Origin: a virus | Lineage: Duplodnaviria > Caudoviricetes | Strand: one strand, 5' to 3' | DNA: 34,230 bases | IMG/VR virus record: IMGVR_UViG_3300033067_000719 | Coordinates: 1 to 34,230 of that record | Part shown: positions 8,132-15,766 of the stretch, piece after piece | How positions within the stretch are numbered: the first letter of the stretch is position 1 | How the letters are laid out: every line of letters starts with the position of its first letter | The notes under the pieces: generated by a model | Databases searched by the model: none | Told to the model about the DNA's origin: nothing | What the model saw: only the letters and a program-made list of their open reading frames with translations | Position numbers and translations under genes: made by a program

Positions 8132-10561
8132 TTAAAACGCCCTCTCTCCAAAATGTGCGACCTTAATTACTATACCATTTTGTCTTACACTTCTACTAGA
8201 TATGTATTCTGGAACCCGCTCAGCGAGTGCCTTATTTATCTTCTGCATCGAAGGCTGATACGCTACGCCGACCATGTTTTCGATGTAATAATTTTTAATA
8301 TCATTTCGCAGCTGCTCCGTCGGAACTTCGCCTTGTGCCTTCCAATTCTCCAAATTCGCATCTAATAGGCCCACAATAACACGCCCGTACGTCTGCTCAA
8401 ACTGTTTTTCTTTGCCGCCTTGCGATAAGATCGTACTACTTAACTTCAACCCTCCACGAATCCACAGCATGATTGATTCCGCAATTAAGGTATCAAATCC
8501 GTTCCAATCCTGCTCCGTCCAACCGTTCGGGAAATGGCAGCCAAAGTGTTTATCAATACCGCCTGCGCGGGTGAAGTAGTCCGTAAATTCAATCGGGATG
8601 ATACGCCGTTTTAAACCGCCGTCGGTGATTTCGAAGCTGTAGTTTGTTTGGATAATGAATTTAGGTGCGTCCTCAACTTTGACTTCTACTTCATCTTTAA
8701 ACAATCGCTTCCAAGTGAATGACCCCGTGGAGGCTTCCTTTAAGAATCCGAAATCAAACGACTTAGGTACGTCTGAAATACCCAAAATCCGCTGACCGTT
8801 CCAAACTTGAAAAAACTTTTCATCAAACTTCGCCTGCGCTCCGTTTTTGTTCGTGTAGGTCGTTGCGTTGCCTAATAGATTACAAAACACGTTCTTTCCT
8901 GAACCACCTCCTTGCATCGGGTCTGGACATTCCTCAGATAAGACAATTATGTAACCGGTCGTTTCGTCTTTGTATTCGTGTGTTAAATAGCCAAGGCACT
9001 TCTGTACGTGTTCTCTTTGTGTTGCCCAATTCGTTGCTAGAGATAGGTATTCAAGATACTTCCCCCCCACGTAATACTTATAATCGCGGTCTTGTATGCG
9101 TTCTTTAAAGATTAACCCTTCGAAACCTTCGTAGGAGTTGAACGCAACGCGGTCTTTATTGATGTGTAAATAGCCATTTTTGTAAAATTTATACGCAGTT
9201 GTTGCCGTATCTTTTACGATTTGCGAACGGTCTAAGGCAAGAAGTCGCTGCATTGTGTATTTGCCAGACTTTTGCATAAACGACTCGTATGCGTCGCAAA
9301 CCTCCTCATATTCCTCAGCTTCTTCTTCCTTAATGTAGCCTTTTAACGCGTCTTGAAATTCCCGTTCATCTATTCGGTGCAAAACAAAACCGTCGATGCG
9401 AACCACGTCACCGCCCATGTAGCGAAAGCCAAGTCCCTGTGCAACTTCGATAAGACGTTGCCGGCTCACTTTCATTTCGCCGCGGTTGTTCAGCTTCCAA
9501 AAGATGCCAAATGGATATTTTTCTTCTGTTTCGGTTTTGATTTCGGTCGCTAGTTCTTTCGCTTCCTGACTGAAATTCGCGGGCAAAGGCTTATTTTGCT
9601 TGGCTAACTTCGCCGCTTGCGTCCGCTCATACTGTTTGTCTAGTTTGCCGTAACCTTTCGATACAAGATAGCGGTATGTTTCTTTTCCGTCATTTTTAAA
9701 ACGTAATTGCTTTAAGAGTGTAGCAGGATGATACGCCTTAGAAGGTGTTAATTCGGTTGAGGAGGTGAATATGAAATATAATCCCTTTTCGTGAATGTAT
9801 GACGCTGAAATACCATCTGACTTGCCTGGTCGTGTGTAGTACGTGTGGTGCTTAGTCGATTTTATTCGCTTCCATCCAAATTCTTCAAGTAGGTTTGCCG
9901 CTTCGTCCGATTGCCCAAAGTCGTCGAATGGATTAACGCTGTAGTTCTTCGCGCCTTGGTATCGCGTTGCCTTCGGTGCAGGGGCTGTTACTTTGCGTTG
10001 ATTGAGTAACTTACAGATATTAACAAGCGAAACATGTTCCACGACTGAGATAGTCGGGATTATCTCGTTCTGCACAAGCGTATAACCCGCCGACGGTGGG
10101 CAAACCACGATACCACCTTCGCCACGCGTTTCGATCATCGCCTCCTTGCCTTCGGGCGGATAGGCAAGTTTTTTATTCCCTTCAGGTTTCTTTCCGTCGA
10201 TTTTGTATCGAAGGTGATGGCCTCCTGAGGGAGTGCGAACGATACTTAGACGTGCGAATAGGTCTTGGTCGTATTGTTTGATTGCGTCGAATACCAAGAC
10301 GCTGATTCCAGCAAGATGCTTTTCGTCGATGTCGATAACGTGGAGGTTTCCAGAAACTTCGCCACAGATGATGGCGATGGCTTGGGTTTTCTTTTGATGA
10401 AGTTGGAATGTAAGCTCTTGTTCGGTTAAGCGCGTATTCTTATACCGATGCCACTTGTAATATGGTGACTTTGCAGGCTTAATTTCGCCGTCGGACATTG
10501 TCTCTTCTTTATCCCGAACGGGGATGAGAGAAAGACCTTGGGATAGTAGGGATTGAAGCAT
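8132..10561 (-). CDS. Bifunctional primase-polymerase (Prim-Pol) fused to a C-terminal P-loop helicase
   Basis: N-terminal VIDID, VRTPSGGHHL, IETRGEGGIVVCPPS; C-terminal GGGSGKN Walker A and IIQTNY..DGGLKRRIIPIEF (SF3-like motif C/arginine finger). Confidence 0.9.
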   Translation of the reverse strand: MLQSLLSQGLSLIPVRDKEETMSDGEIKPAKSPYYKWHRYKNTRLTEQELTFQLHQKKTQAIAIICGEVSGNLHVIDIDEKHLAGISVLVFDAIKQYDQDLFARLSIVRTPSGGHHLRYKIDGKKPEGNKKLAYPPEGKEAMIETRGEGGIVVCPPSAGYTLVQNEIIPTISVVEHVSLVNICKLLNQRKVTAPAPKATRYQGAKNYSVNPFDDFGQSDEAANLLEEFGWKRIKSTKHHTYYTRPGKSDGISASYIHEKGLYFIFTSSTELTPSKAYHPATLLKQLRFKNDGKETYRYLVSKGYGKLDKQYERTQAAKLAKQNKPLPANFSQEAKELATEIKTETEEKYPFGIFWKLNNRGEMKVSRQRLIEVAQGLGFRYMGGDVVRIDGFVLHRIDEREFQDALKGYIKEEEAEEYEEVCDAYESFMQKSGKYTMQRLLALDRSQIVKDTATTAYKFYKNGYLHINKDRVAFNSYEGFEGLIFKERIQDRDYKYYVGGKYLEYLSLATNWATQREHVQKCLGYLTHEYKDETTGYIIVLSEECPDPMQGGGSGKNVFCNLLGNATTYTNKNGAQAKFDEKFFQVWNGQRILGISDVPKSFDFGFLKEASTGSFTWKRLFKDEVEVKVEDAPKFIIQTNYSFEITDGGLKRRIIPIEFTDYFTRAGGIDKHFGCHFPNGWTEQDWNGFDTLIAESIMLWIRGGLKLSSTILSQGGKEKQFEQTYGRVIVGLLDANLENWKAQGEVPTEQLRNDIKNYYIENMVGVAYQPSMQKINKALAERVPEYISSRSVRQNGIVIKVAHFGERAF

Positions 10562-10575
10562 GATTTAATGGGGGT

Positions 10576-10602
10576 AAAAATCCTCCGTCGGGAAACGGAG
10601 GA
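10576..10602 (-). terminator. Intrinsic terminator-like hairpin between the Rha-like gene and the primase
   Basis: tcctccgt/acggagga 8-bp stem followed by TTTTT on the minus strand. Confidence 0.65.
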
Positions 10603-10629
10603 CTAAGGTAAGAGAATTTTTAGAGATTT

Positions 10630-11280
10630 TCAAAGAAGTTGTTTATCTCTAGTAAGACTATACTGAGGATATTCAGCCCTAAACACGTTAATGTGATAAT
10701 TATTTCTGTATCCAAAGCGTGGGCAAATGGTTTTCTTAATCTCATAACCCATAATCCTACTTCTTTTTGTTAACCTTCTCCAGCTAAAAGTTTTTTCGCT
10801 TACATTGTTCAAATTTGCGACGGAAAGGATAGTTAGCCAATCCAAATGCGAATCAAGTGCGATTTGCAAGTTTTCGTTTTGCTGTGCTAATTGCTGTTTT
10901 GCCCTGTACTCATTTGCCCATGCGATTGCAGCGGCAGCGGGATCGGTAAAGTCTGGGAGGGAAAGGGATTTCTCTAGCTTTTCGATGTAGGCAATAACAG
11001 CTTTGCGAACTGTCTTAGATTCACGTACTAAAACTTGCTTTGCTTGAGAGTGAGTAAGGTTAAACATAGGTCGTGATTGGTTATTCTTGTCAAGATATGA
11101 GCCGAGCAAAATTTCTTGCCCGGCTATTTCCTCTTCAAATTCATCACGAATAATGGCTAAAAGGTTCTTGTGTAACAATTCCCCTTTACCATCAACCTGA
11201 CGGAAAATATTGATTTGCTCACACAAAACAAGCGAAGAGATAAGATTGGATGGAAGTGAAAAAACGATGTTATTTTCCAT
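10630..11280 (-). CDS. Rha-family / antirepressor-like phage regulator
   Basis: LHKNLLAIIRDEF, SYLDKNNQSRPMFNLT, and the antirepressor-type linker LPDFTDPAAAAIAWANEY. Confidence 0.8.
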   Translation of the reverse strand: MENNIVFSLPSNLISSLVLCEQINIFRQVDGKGELLHKNLLAIIRDEFEEEIAGQEILLGSYLDKNNQSRPMFNLTHSQAKQVLVRESKTVRKAVIAYIEKLEKSLSLPDFTDPAAAAIAWANEYRAKQQLAQQNENLQIALDSHLDWLTILSVANLNNVSEKTFSWRRLTKRSRIMGYEIKKTICPRFGYRNNYHINVFRAEYPQYSLTRDKQLL

Positions 11281-11290
11281 AACTGTAAAT

Positions 11291-11386
11291 AAAAAACCCC
11301 ATGCAGGTACCAGCTACACGGGGCGAAGACTTTAATAAGTCAAATTGGAAGTACGCTATACGCTGGTACTATATAATGTACCTCCA
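11291..11386 (-). promoter_or_regulatory. Structured leader / attenuator of the Rha-like gene
   Basis: Two hairpins whose apical 8-mers are complementary (GUACCAGC / GCUGGUAC); the second is a terminator with a U6 tail. Confidence 0.65.
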
Positions 11387-11401
11387 TTCTTTAATACAAC
11401 G

Positions 11402-11409
11402 CAAATCTA
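11402..11409 (-). promoter_or_regulatory. Bacteroidota -7 promoter element
   Basis: TAGATTTG just upstream of the leader; no clear -33 TTTG. Confidence 0.55.
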
Positions 11410-11451
11410 AGGAAAAAAGTTTAAATAGGAAGAGATTTTTTTTAAGTTTTT

Positions 11452-11475
11452 AACGGGGGAGAATTTTCCCCCGTT
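11452..11475. other. Inverted repeat after the MazG-like gene
   Basis: aacggggga/tcccccgtt; no convincing U-tail on either strand. Confidence 0.45.
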
Positions 11476-11562
11476 GATTTACCCAAAAGGACTCCTAAAC
11501 TTTGCCCACCCCTCACCACGATGGCGACCCCCTCCAAGGTAGGGCAATATACGCCCCACCCC

Positions 11563-12015
11563 TTATACCAGCCCACTCAAATCCACCTTCCCAAACCCCG
11601 CCTTCTTGATTACCTTACCGTCTTCAACCCGCTTCACCACGTACCTGTTATTTCCGACGTAATCCACAGTTACGTCATTCCTATCGCGGTACTGGATGAC
11701 TTCCTCAGGATTGAAAAACTTGTTCATGTTGTTTTCGTGAACGAGGTCAAACGCCTGCTGTATCGTATTCACTCCGAACCGATTCACCGCCGTACCAAGT
11801 AGTATGTAAATCATGTCCACAGTCGCATCTAACTCCTCTACCACGTCACCCGCGTTCAACGCGCGTTTTAGTTCTTGCCACTCTTCTAAGAAGAGAATTT
11901 CGCGGCGGTTGTAAAAGTCTGAGAGAGGAGGTAACTCTCTCAGGCCGTCAGGGTTGTAGCGCGTTTCAGCTTGGAAGGACGCGTTGAAGTCTTGTATTTT
12001 TTCGAGTAGTGTCAT
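11563..12015 (-). CDS. MazG-like (PRA-PH/dUTPase-fold) nucleoside triphosphate pyrophosphohydrolase
   Basis: EEWQEL..VEELDATVDMIYILLG..AFDLVHENNMNK..DGKVIK. Confidence 0.85.
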   Translation of the reverse strand: MTLLEKIQDFNASFQAETRYNPDGLRELPPLSDFYNRREILFLEEWQELKRALNAGDVVEELDATVDMIYILLGTAVNRFGVNTIQQAFDLVHENNMNKFFNPEEVIQYRDRNDVTVDYVGNNRYVVKRVEDGKVIKKAGFGKVDLSGLV

Positions 12016-12152
12016 TTGTCGTTTAGTTTTTTAAGTTCGAAATAAATTAATTGAAGTAGTACGAAAATAGCCCCGCCTATCGGCGCCAGGTTGTCGGTGA
12101 ATACTCCGATAAAGCATGCGATAAATGCTAGGATGTAACTAATGTTTTTCAT
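12012..12152 (-). CDS. Small two-helix membrane protein (46 aa, not in the ORF track)
   Basis: MKNISYILAFIACFIGVFTDNLAPIGGAIFVLLQLIYFELKKLNDK; ATGA overlaps on both sides. Confidence 0.7.
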   Translation of the reverse strand: MKNISYILAFIACFIGVFTDNLAPIGGAIFVLLQLIYFELKKLNDK

Positions 12153-12589
12153 AATTGTACGGTGTCTTCTACGATACTAATTAAATCTAAATCCTCTCTA
12201 TTTGCCCTGCAAAATGCCCTAAAATCGCCTTCATCCTTAAATGCCAACTTTAAAAACCCAAAAACGACAACATAGCTACCAACATCCCTAAACAGCTCCA
12301 TGTACCTCCGATACGTCTGCGACACCCGCGCGGTTGCTAAGGCTGCTTTTGCAAGGTCTTCGTTGGTGAATATGTTTTTGTTGCTTGAAGTTGCAGTATA
12401 GTCCATTCCGTAGGTGATTTCACTATCGCTTTTTACAAAATACCCTTTAATCTCCTCCAAATCCTCCCACTTCGGGAACAAGTTTTCCTCCTGTTCCTCC
12501 TCCACAACGGTCACAACTATTGCGCCGTCGATGATTTCTGTCTTGAATTGCGCAGGCGTGCCGTCCTGCAAGTTTACTTTGATGTTCAT
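12149..12589 (-). CDS. Hypothetical protein
   Basis: Start probably MNIKV at 12589 (ATGA overlap with the upstream stop). Confidence 0.75.
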   Translation of the reverse strand: MNIKVNLQDGTPAQFKTEIIDGAIVVTVVEEEQEENLFPKWEDLEEIKGYFVKSDSEITYGMDYTATSSNKNIFTNEDLAKAALATARVSQTYRRYMELFRDVGSYVVVFGFLKLAFKDEGDFRAFCRANREDLDLISIVEDTVQL

Positions 12590-12849
12590 CTCACTATCTC
12601 GTTTATAATTTGTAACCACTCATTTAATCTTTCCCGGATAATCTCATCTGTTAAAACATCGTCTTCAAATAAGTCTTCGAACGTCCACATTTCTGATTCA
12701 TCCCACCATTCCGATTTGACACCGATGCGATAGTATGAAAGGAACTCTGAGAGAGTCCCTTCCATGTGATTTTTGCGGAGGTCGTCGAACGTGATACCCT
12801 CGTGCTGCAGTAGGCGTTCAATCGCCAAATCTGGTCTTACCTTTGCCAT
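12586..12849 (-). CDS. Hypothetical acidic protein
   Basis: 87 aa in the operon. Confidence 0.75.
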   Translation of the reverse strand: MAKVRPDLAIERLLQHEGITFDDLRKNHMEGTLSEFLSYYRIGVKSEWWDESEMWTFEDLFEDDVLTDEIIRERLNEWLQIINEIVR

Positions 12850-12851
12850 AG

Positions 12852-13736
12852 TTAAATTTGTTTTTTAGCCCACTCCTTAAAGGCGTTAAATTTTTCTTGA
12901 ATAAGTTTTGATGAAGGATTATCGACCGGGGAGGGTGCAATATCAAAAGTTTCAATCCATGCTGCCAATTGTGCCTTTTCTCCTTGTCTTGCTAGTGCCT
13001 CAGCTTTTTCGCGCTCTAAGCGAAGTTGTCTGTCTTTCTCTTCCTGTTCTTTACGTGCAATTGCAGCCAACCTATTCGCTTCTTCTTGCGCTATGCGAGC
13101 TTTTTCGCGCTCTATGCGAAGTTGTTCTTCTAATTGCTTGCGCTCCTCTTCTTGCTTTTTACGTTCAAGCTCTGCGCGTTCTGCTGCTTCCTTAGCTTCC
13201 TTTTCGCGCTGTTCCTTCATCGCCTTTGCACCAGCTAGGGTCATCTGGTAAGTATTTTCGTCCATCACATCTAAGCCAGGAGGGAAGCTGTCTGTAAACT
13301 TGGACAATTCGGTCCAACGCTCATCACGAAGTGCAATACGGCGTTTTTCTTCCTGCTTCTCAAAATAAAAAGCTATCTCCTCGGCGCCTTTCTCCATTTC
13401 CTCGACTGACGTATAGATTTTATTTTTAAGAGAATCGACGAACTTGCCAGCGTTCCAATAGTAAGACTTTTCAGCCTTATGTATTTTCTCGGTGCTAGTT
13501 CGTACCTTCTTTGCGGTTTTTAAAAAATCCTTTGCCTGCGATACTAACTCAGGGGTGATTTCGGCGCCTACTAAGCTAGAGTAAATCGCCTGCAAGGATG
13601 CTAATTCTTGCCGTTTTGGCATAAATGCAGATTCAATTGTCATCGCTTTTTCAACTTCTAAATTGAAGTCTAGCGGGTTGACTAGAGGAGTGATACTTTC
13701 ACCTGTTTCGGTATTAACTAGGATGATTTCAGACAT
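12852..13736 (-). CDS. Long coiled-coil phage protein (DUF1351/Gam-like character)
   Basis: E/K/R/A-rich heptad-like segments; KKVRTSTEKIHKAEK..GKFVD. Confidence 0.75.
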   Translation of the reverse strand: MSEIILVNTETGESITPLVNPLDFNLEVEKAMTIESAFMPKRQELASLQAIYSSLVGAEITPELVSQAKDFLKTAKKVRTSTEKIHKAEKSYYWNAGKFVDSLKNKIYTSVEEMEKGAEEIAFYFEKQEEKRRIALRDERWTELSKFTDSFPPGLDVMDENTYQMTLAGAKAMKEQREKEAKEAAERAELERKKQEEERKQLEEQLRIEREKARIAQEEANRLAAIARKEQEEKDRQLRLEREKAEALARQGEKAQLAAWIETFDIAPSPVDNPSSKLIQEKFNAFKEWAKKQI

Positions 13737-13763
13737 GTTACTAAAATTTGATATGAGAAATAA

Positions 13764-13967
13764 TTAAACTAATGCTGATTCTATTCGGGGTGTATAAGAT
13801 CGCCCCATTTGGTCTTTAACATTCGCGCGGATAAGGTCTATACTTAGACCTTCAATCTGAAATCCTGCATCTTCTGCAAGTTCTCTTACGTGATTTTCGT
13901 CACGCGCGATTGCGTGATAAAGGATTGTGCTTTCATTTTCTTGTTCAAAGATATTGTAAGTGTTCAT
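13764..13967 (-). CDS. Hypothetical protein
   Basis: 67 aa. Confidence 0.7.
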   Translation of the reverse strand: MNTYNIFEQENESTILYHAIARDENHVRELAEDAGFQIEGLSIDLIRANVKDQMGRSYTPRIESALV

Positions 13968-13978
13968 CTTGATTTTTG

Positions 13979-14185
13979 TTAAAAATTTATGTTAGAAATA
14001 ATTAAATTAGGATACGTACTAAGAACCGCGTAAAATCGTCCACAGTGGACGAAGTAAACCAAAGTGTCACTGTGATACCCGCGTGGGAATAAAATGCCGT
14101 CAGCGGGTTCTGTGTGCTTCTGTGCGGTGCGATAGGCTGCGAACAACCTACCGTTTGTGATGCCGCGTGGGGTGGAGAGGGTCAT
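13979..14185 (-). CDS. Hypothetical protein
   Basis: 68 aa, first gene after the promoter at 14239-14269. Confidence 0.65.
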   Translation of the reverse strand: MTLSTPRGITNGRLFAAYRTAQKHTEPADGILFPRGYHSDTLVYFVHCGRFYAVLSTYPNLIISNINF

Positions 14186-14238
14186 AATAAGATGTTTTTT
14201 TTGTGTTACTACCTATTCCGCTCGTGCGTTTCGATATA

Positions 14239-14269
14239 CAAATATAACACCTTAATTTAGATTTACAAA
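14239..14269 (-). promoter_or_regulatory. Bacteroidota-type sigma-A promoter
   Basis: TTTG-N19-TATATTTG. Confidence 0.8.
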
Positions 14270-14288
14270 AGTTTTAGAAAAAACATTT

Positions 14289-14795
14289 TCACACCCCGAA
14301 CTCGGCCCACATCTCTAGCTTCCTTTCGTTGTCTGGGAATTGTCCCAACCACTCCAGAAAACTCTCTACATCCGTCGCTACGTAATACACTCCTCCGGTC
14401 AACTCGATACGCCGTTTGTACTCTCTTTGCTTATCGCTCATACGATCTTTTGTCGCCGCGTTTTTGACCTCTATCTTGACGCTACGCCCGTCGATGTTCG
14501 CGCTTATATCCGCCGTACCTGCCTGCGTGGTTCCTCTTATGTACTTGCCGCCGCCAATCTTCTTTTGCCGACCGATGCAGTCCGTCACTACCTCCGAGTT
14601 GTCTACGTACCGACCTGAGGAACTAATTCGTTCAGCCTGCCAGCCTTTCAATCGTATCGCGCAAAGGATTAACCTGGTAAGGCCGTTGGTCTTAGTAGAT
14701 TGCCCAAAATAATTAGGTAAACTCCGCGCGTGGTCTGGGACACTGGGCCATTTGTAGCGGTGAAACTCGATGTATTTTTCTTTTAGTTCTTTCAT
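14289..14795 (-). CDS. VRR-NUC-like PD-(D/E)xK nuclease (possible resolvase)
   Basis: GTADI...VKIEVK...MSDKQREY...GGVYYV. Confidence 0.85.
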   Translation of the reverse strand: MKELKEKYIEFHRYKWPSVPDHARSLPNYFGQSTKTNGLTRLILCAIRLKGWQAERISSSGRYVDNSEVVTDCIGRQKKIGGGKYIRGTTQAGTADISANIDGRSVKIEVKNAATKDRMSDKQREYKRRIELTGGVYYVATDVESFLEWLGQFPDNERKLEMWAEFGV

Positions 14796-14998
14796 AGATT
14801 CAGTTCTTGTATCTCTTTTGCCGTCATCTCAATCATGTAGCCAAATTGCAACGCCTTAACCAGGGCGAGGTGGTCGTTTAAGTAAGGGTTCGCCGCGGGC
14901 TTGGGAAGTATCCGTTGCCATTCGTCTTGTTTTGCGGTCACTTGCCGAATTGTGTAGACTATACCGGGGATGGTTTTGTACTTATAATATTTTTTCAT
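14792..14998 (-). CDS. Hypothetical protein
   Basis: Start MKKYYKY at 14998; the longer track start would overlap the promoter. Confidence 0.7.
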   Translation of the reverse strand: MKKYYKYKTIPGIVYTIRQVTAKQDEWQRILPKPAANPYLNDHLALVKALQFGYMIEMTAKEIQELNL

Positions 14999-15025
14999 CT
15001 GTGTTACTGTTTTAATTGTGCAATG

Positions 15026-15056
15026 CAAAGGTACGAAGCGTGGAAATTGTAACAAA
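15026..15056 (-). promoter_or_regulatory. Bacteroidota-type promoter for the leftward arm
   Basis: TTTG-N19-TACCTTTG. Confidence 0.8.
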
Positions 15057-15363
15057 ATAGTAGTTGTGCCAAAAGTTGTACCAAATCTTATAGGACGTAA
15101 CTATCTAATAATCAGTGTTGTACCAAAGTACCAAAACAAAAATCCCTTCTATATATAATAATACTACTATTGCTTTTAACAGTGTTGTAGTAGTGCTTAC
15201 TATACCCTCTCTAATGCTTTAACATTTTACTAATTATTAATACAATATTTTTTAGCACTTTGGTACAAGTAAGATAAAGAATTAATAATCAATAAGTTAG
15301 TGTAACAAAATAGGGTTTAAAAGTTTGGTACAAGTTTGGTACAAGGTTGAATTTTTTGGTACA
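15049..15363. repeat. Iteron-like repeat region (candidate origin or packaging site)
   Basis: (T)GTACCAAA at 15077, 15119, 15128 plus variants at 15049, 15065, 15301; inverted TTTGGTACA at 15259, 15324, 15335, 15355; AT-rich centre; IHF-consensus AATCAATAAGTTA at 15287-15299. Confidence 0.75.
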
Positions 15364-15395
15364 CTTGCCACATTGCGGGGATTTTTGTATATTTG
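15364..15395 (+). promoter_or_regulatory. Bacteroidota-type promoter for the morphogenesis operon
   Basis: CTTG-N20-TATATTTG (15388-15395), 23 nt before the ATG at 15419. Confidence 0.65.
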
Positions 15396-15418
15396 GCGTT
15401 AAACTTGCAAGTAAGTTG

Positions 15419-15766
15419 ATGAAGAAAAAAGTAATAACGAACCCAACTGGAAAGGGCGGGTTTAAAGATAATCCGCAAAATAAAGCAAATGGACGATGGA
15501 CAAAAGAAACATCCATCTCATATAACTATAATTACCTCATTAGACTAAGCCAATCCGAATTTGAAAAATTCAAACCACAAACAATCGCTCAAGAACTTGC
15601 GTACAATGCAATACTGGAAGCTAAGGGAGATTTGCCTTACCTAAAAGAAGTAACAGACCGTACAGAAGGAAAAGCTATACAAGCTATTGACCACACGACC
15701 GACGGCGAAAAAATCAACCAGGTGACGGTGTTTGAACTTCCAAGCAACGGGAGGGAAGAAAAATGA
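15419..15766 (+). CDS. terS: Terminase small subunit
   Basis: NPTGKGGFKDNPQN..GR; A..GDLPYLKEVTDRTEGKAIQAIDHT; ATGA overlap with terL. Confidence 0.8.
   Translation: MKKKVITNPTGKGGFKDNPQNKANGRWTKETSISYNYNYLIRLSQSEFEKFKPQTIAQELAYNAILEAKGDLPYLKEVTDRTEGKAIQAIDHTTDGEKINQVTVFELPSNGREEK

Noticed and set aside
461-14712. Plus-strand ORFs in the left arm (for example 3727..4197, 6136..6516) and minus-strand ORFs within the structural genes
   Set aside because: Antisense shadows of well-supported genes.
15289-15516. Minus-strand ORF and the extended TTG start of terS at 15347
   Set aside because: The ORF is antisense to terS; the extended start lies upstream of the likely promoter, so ATG 15419 is preferred.
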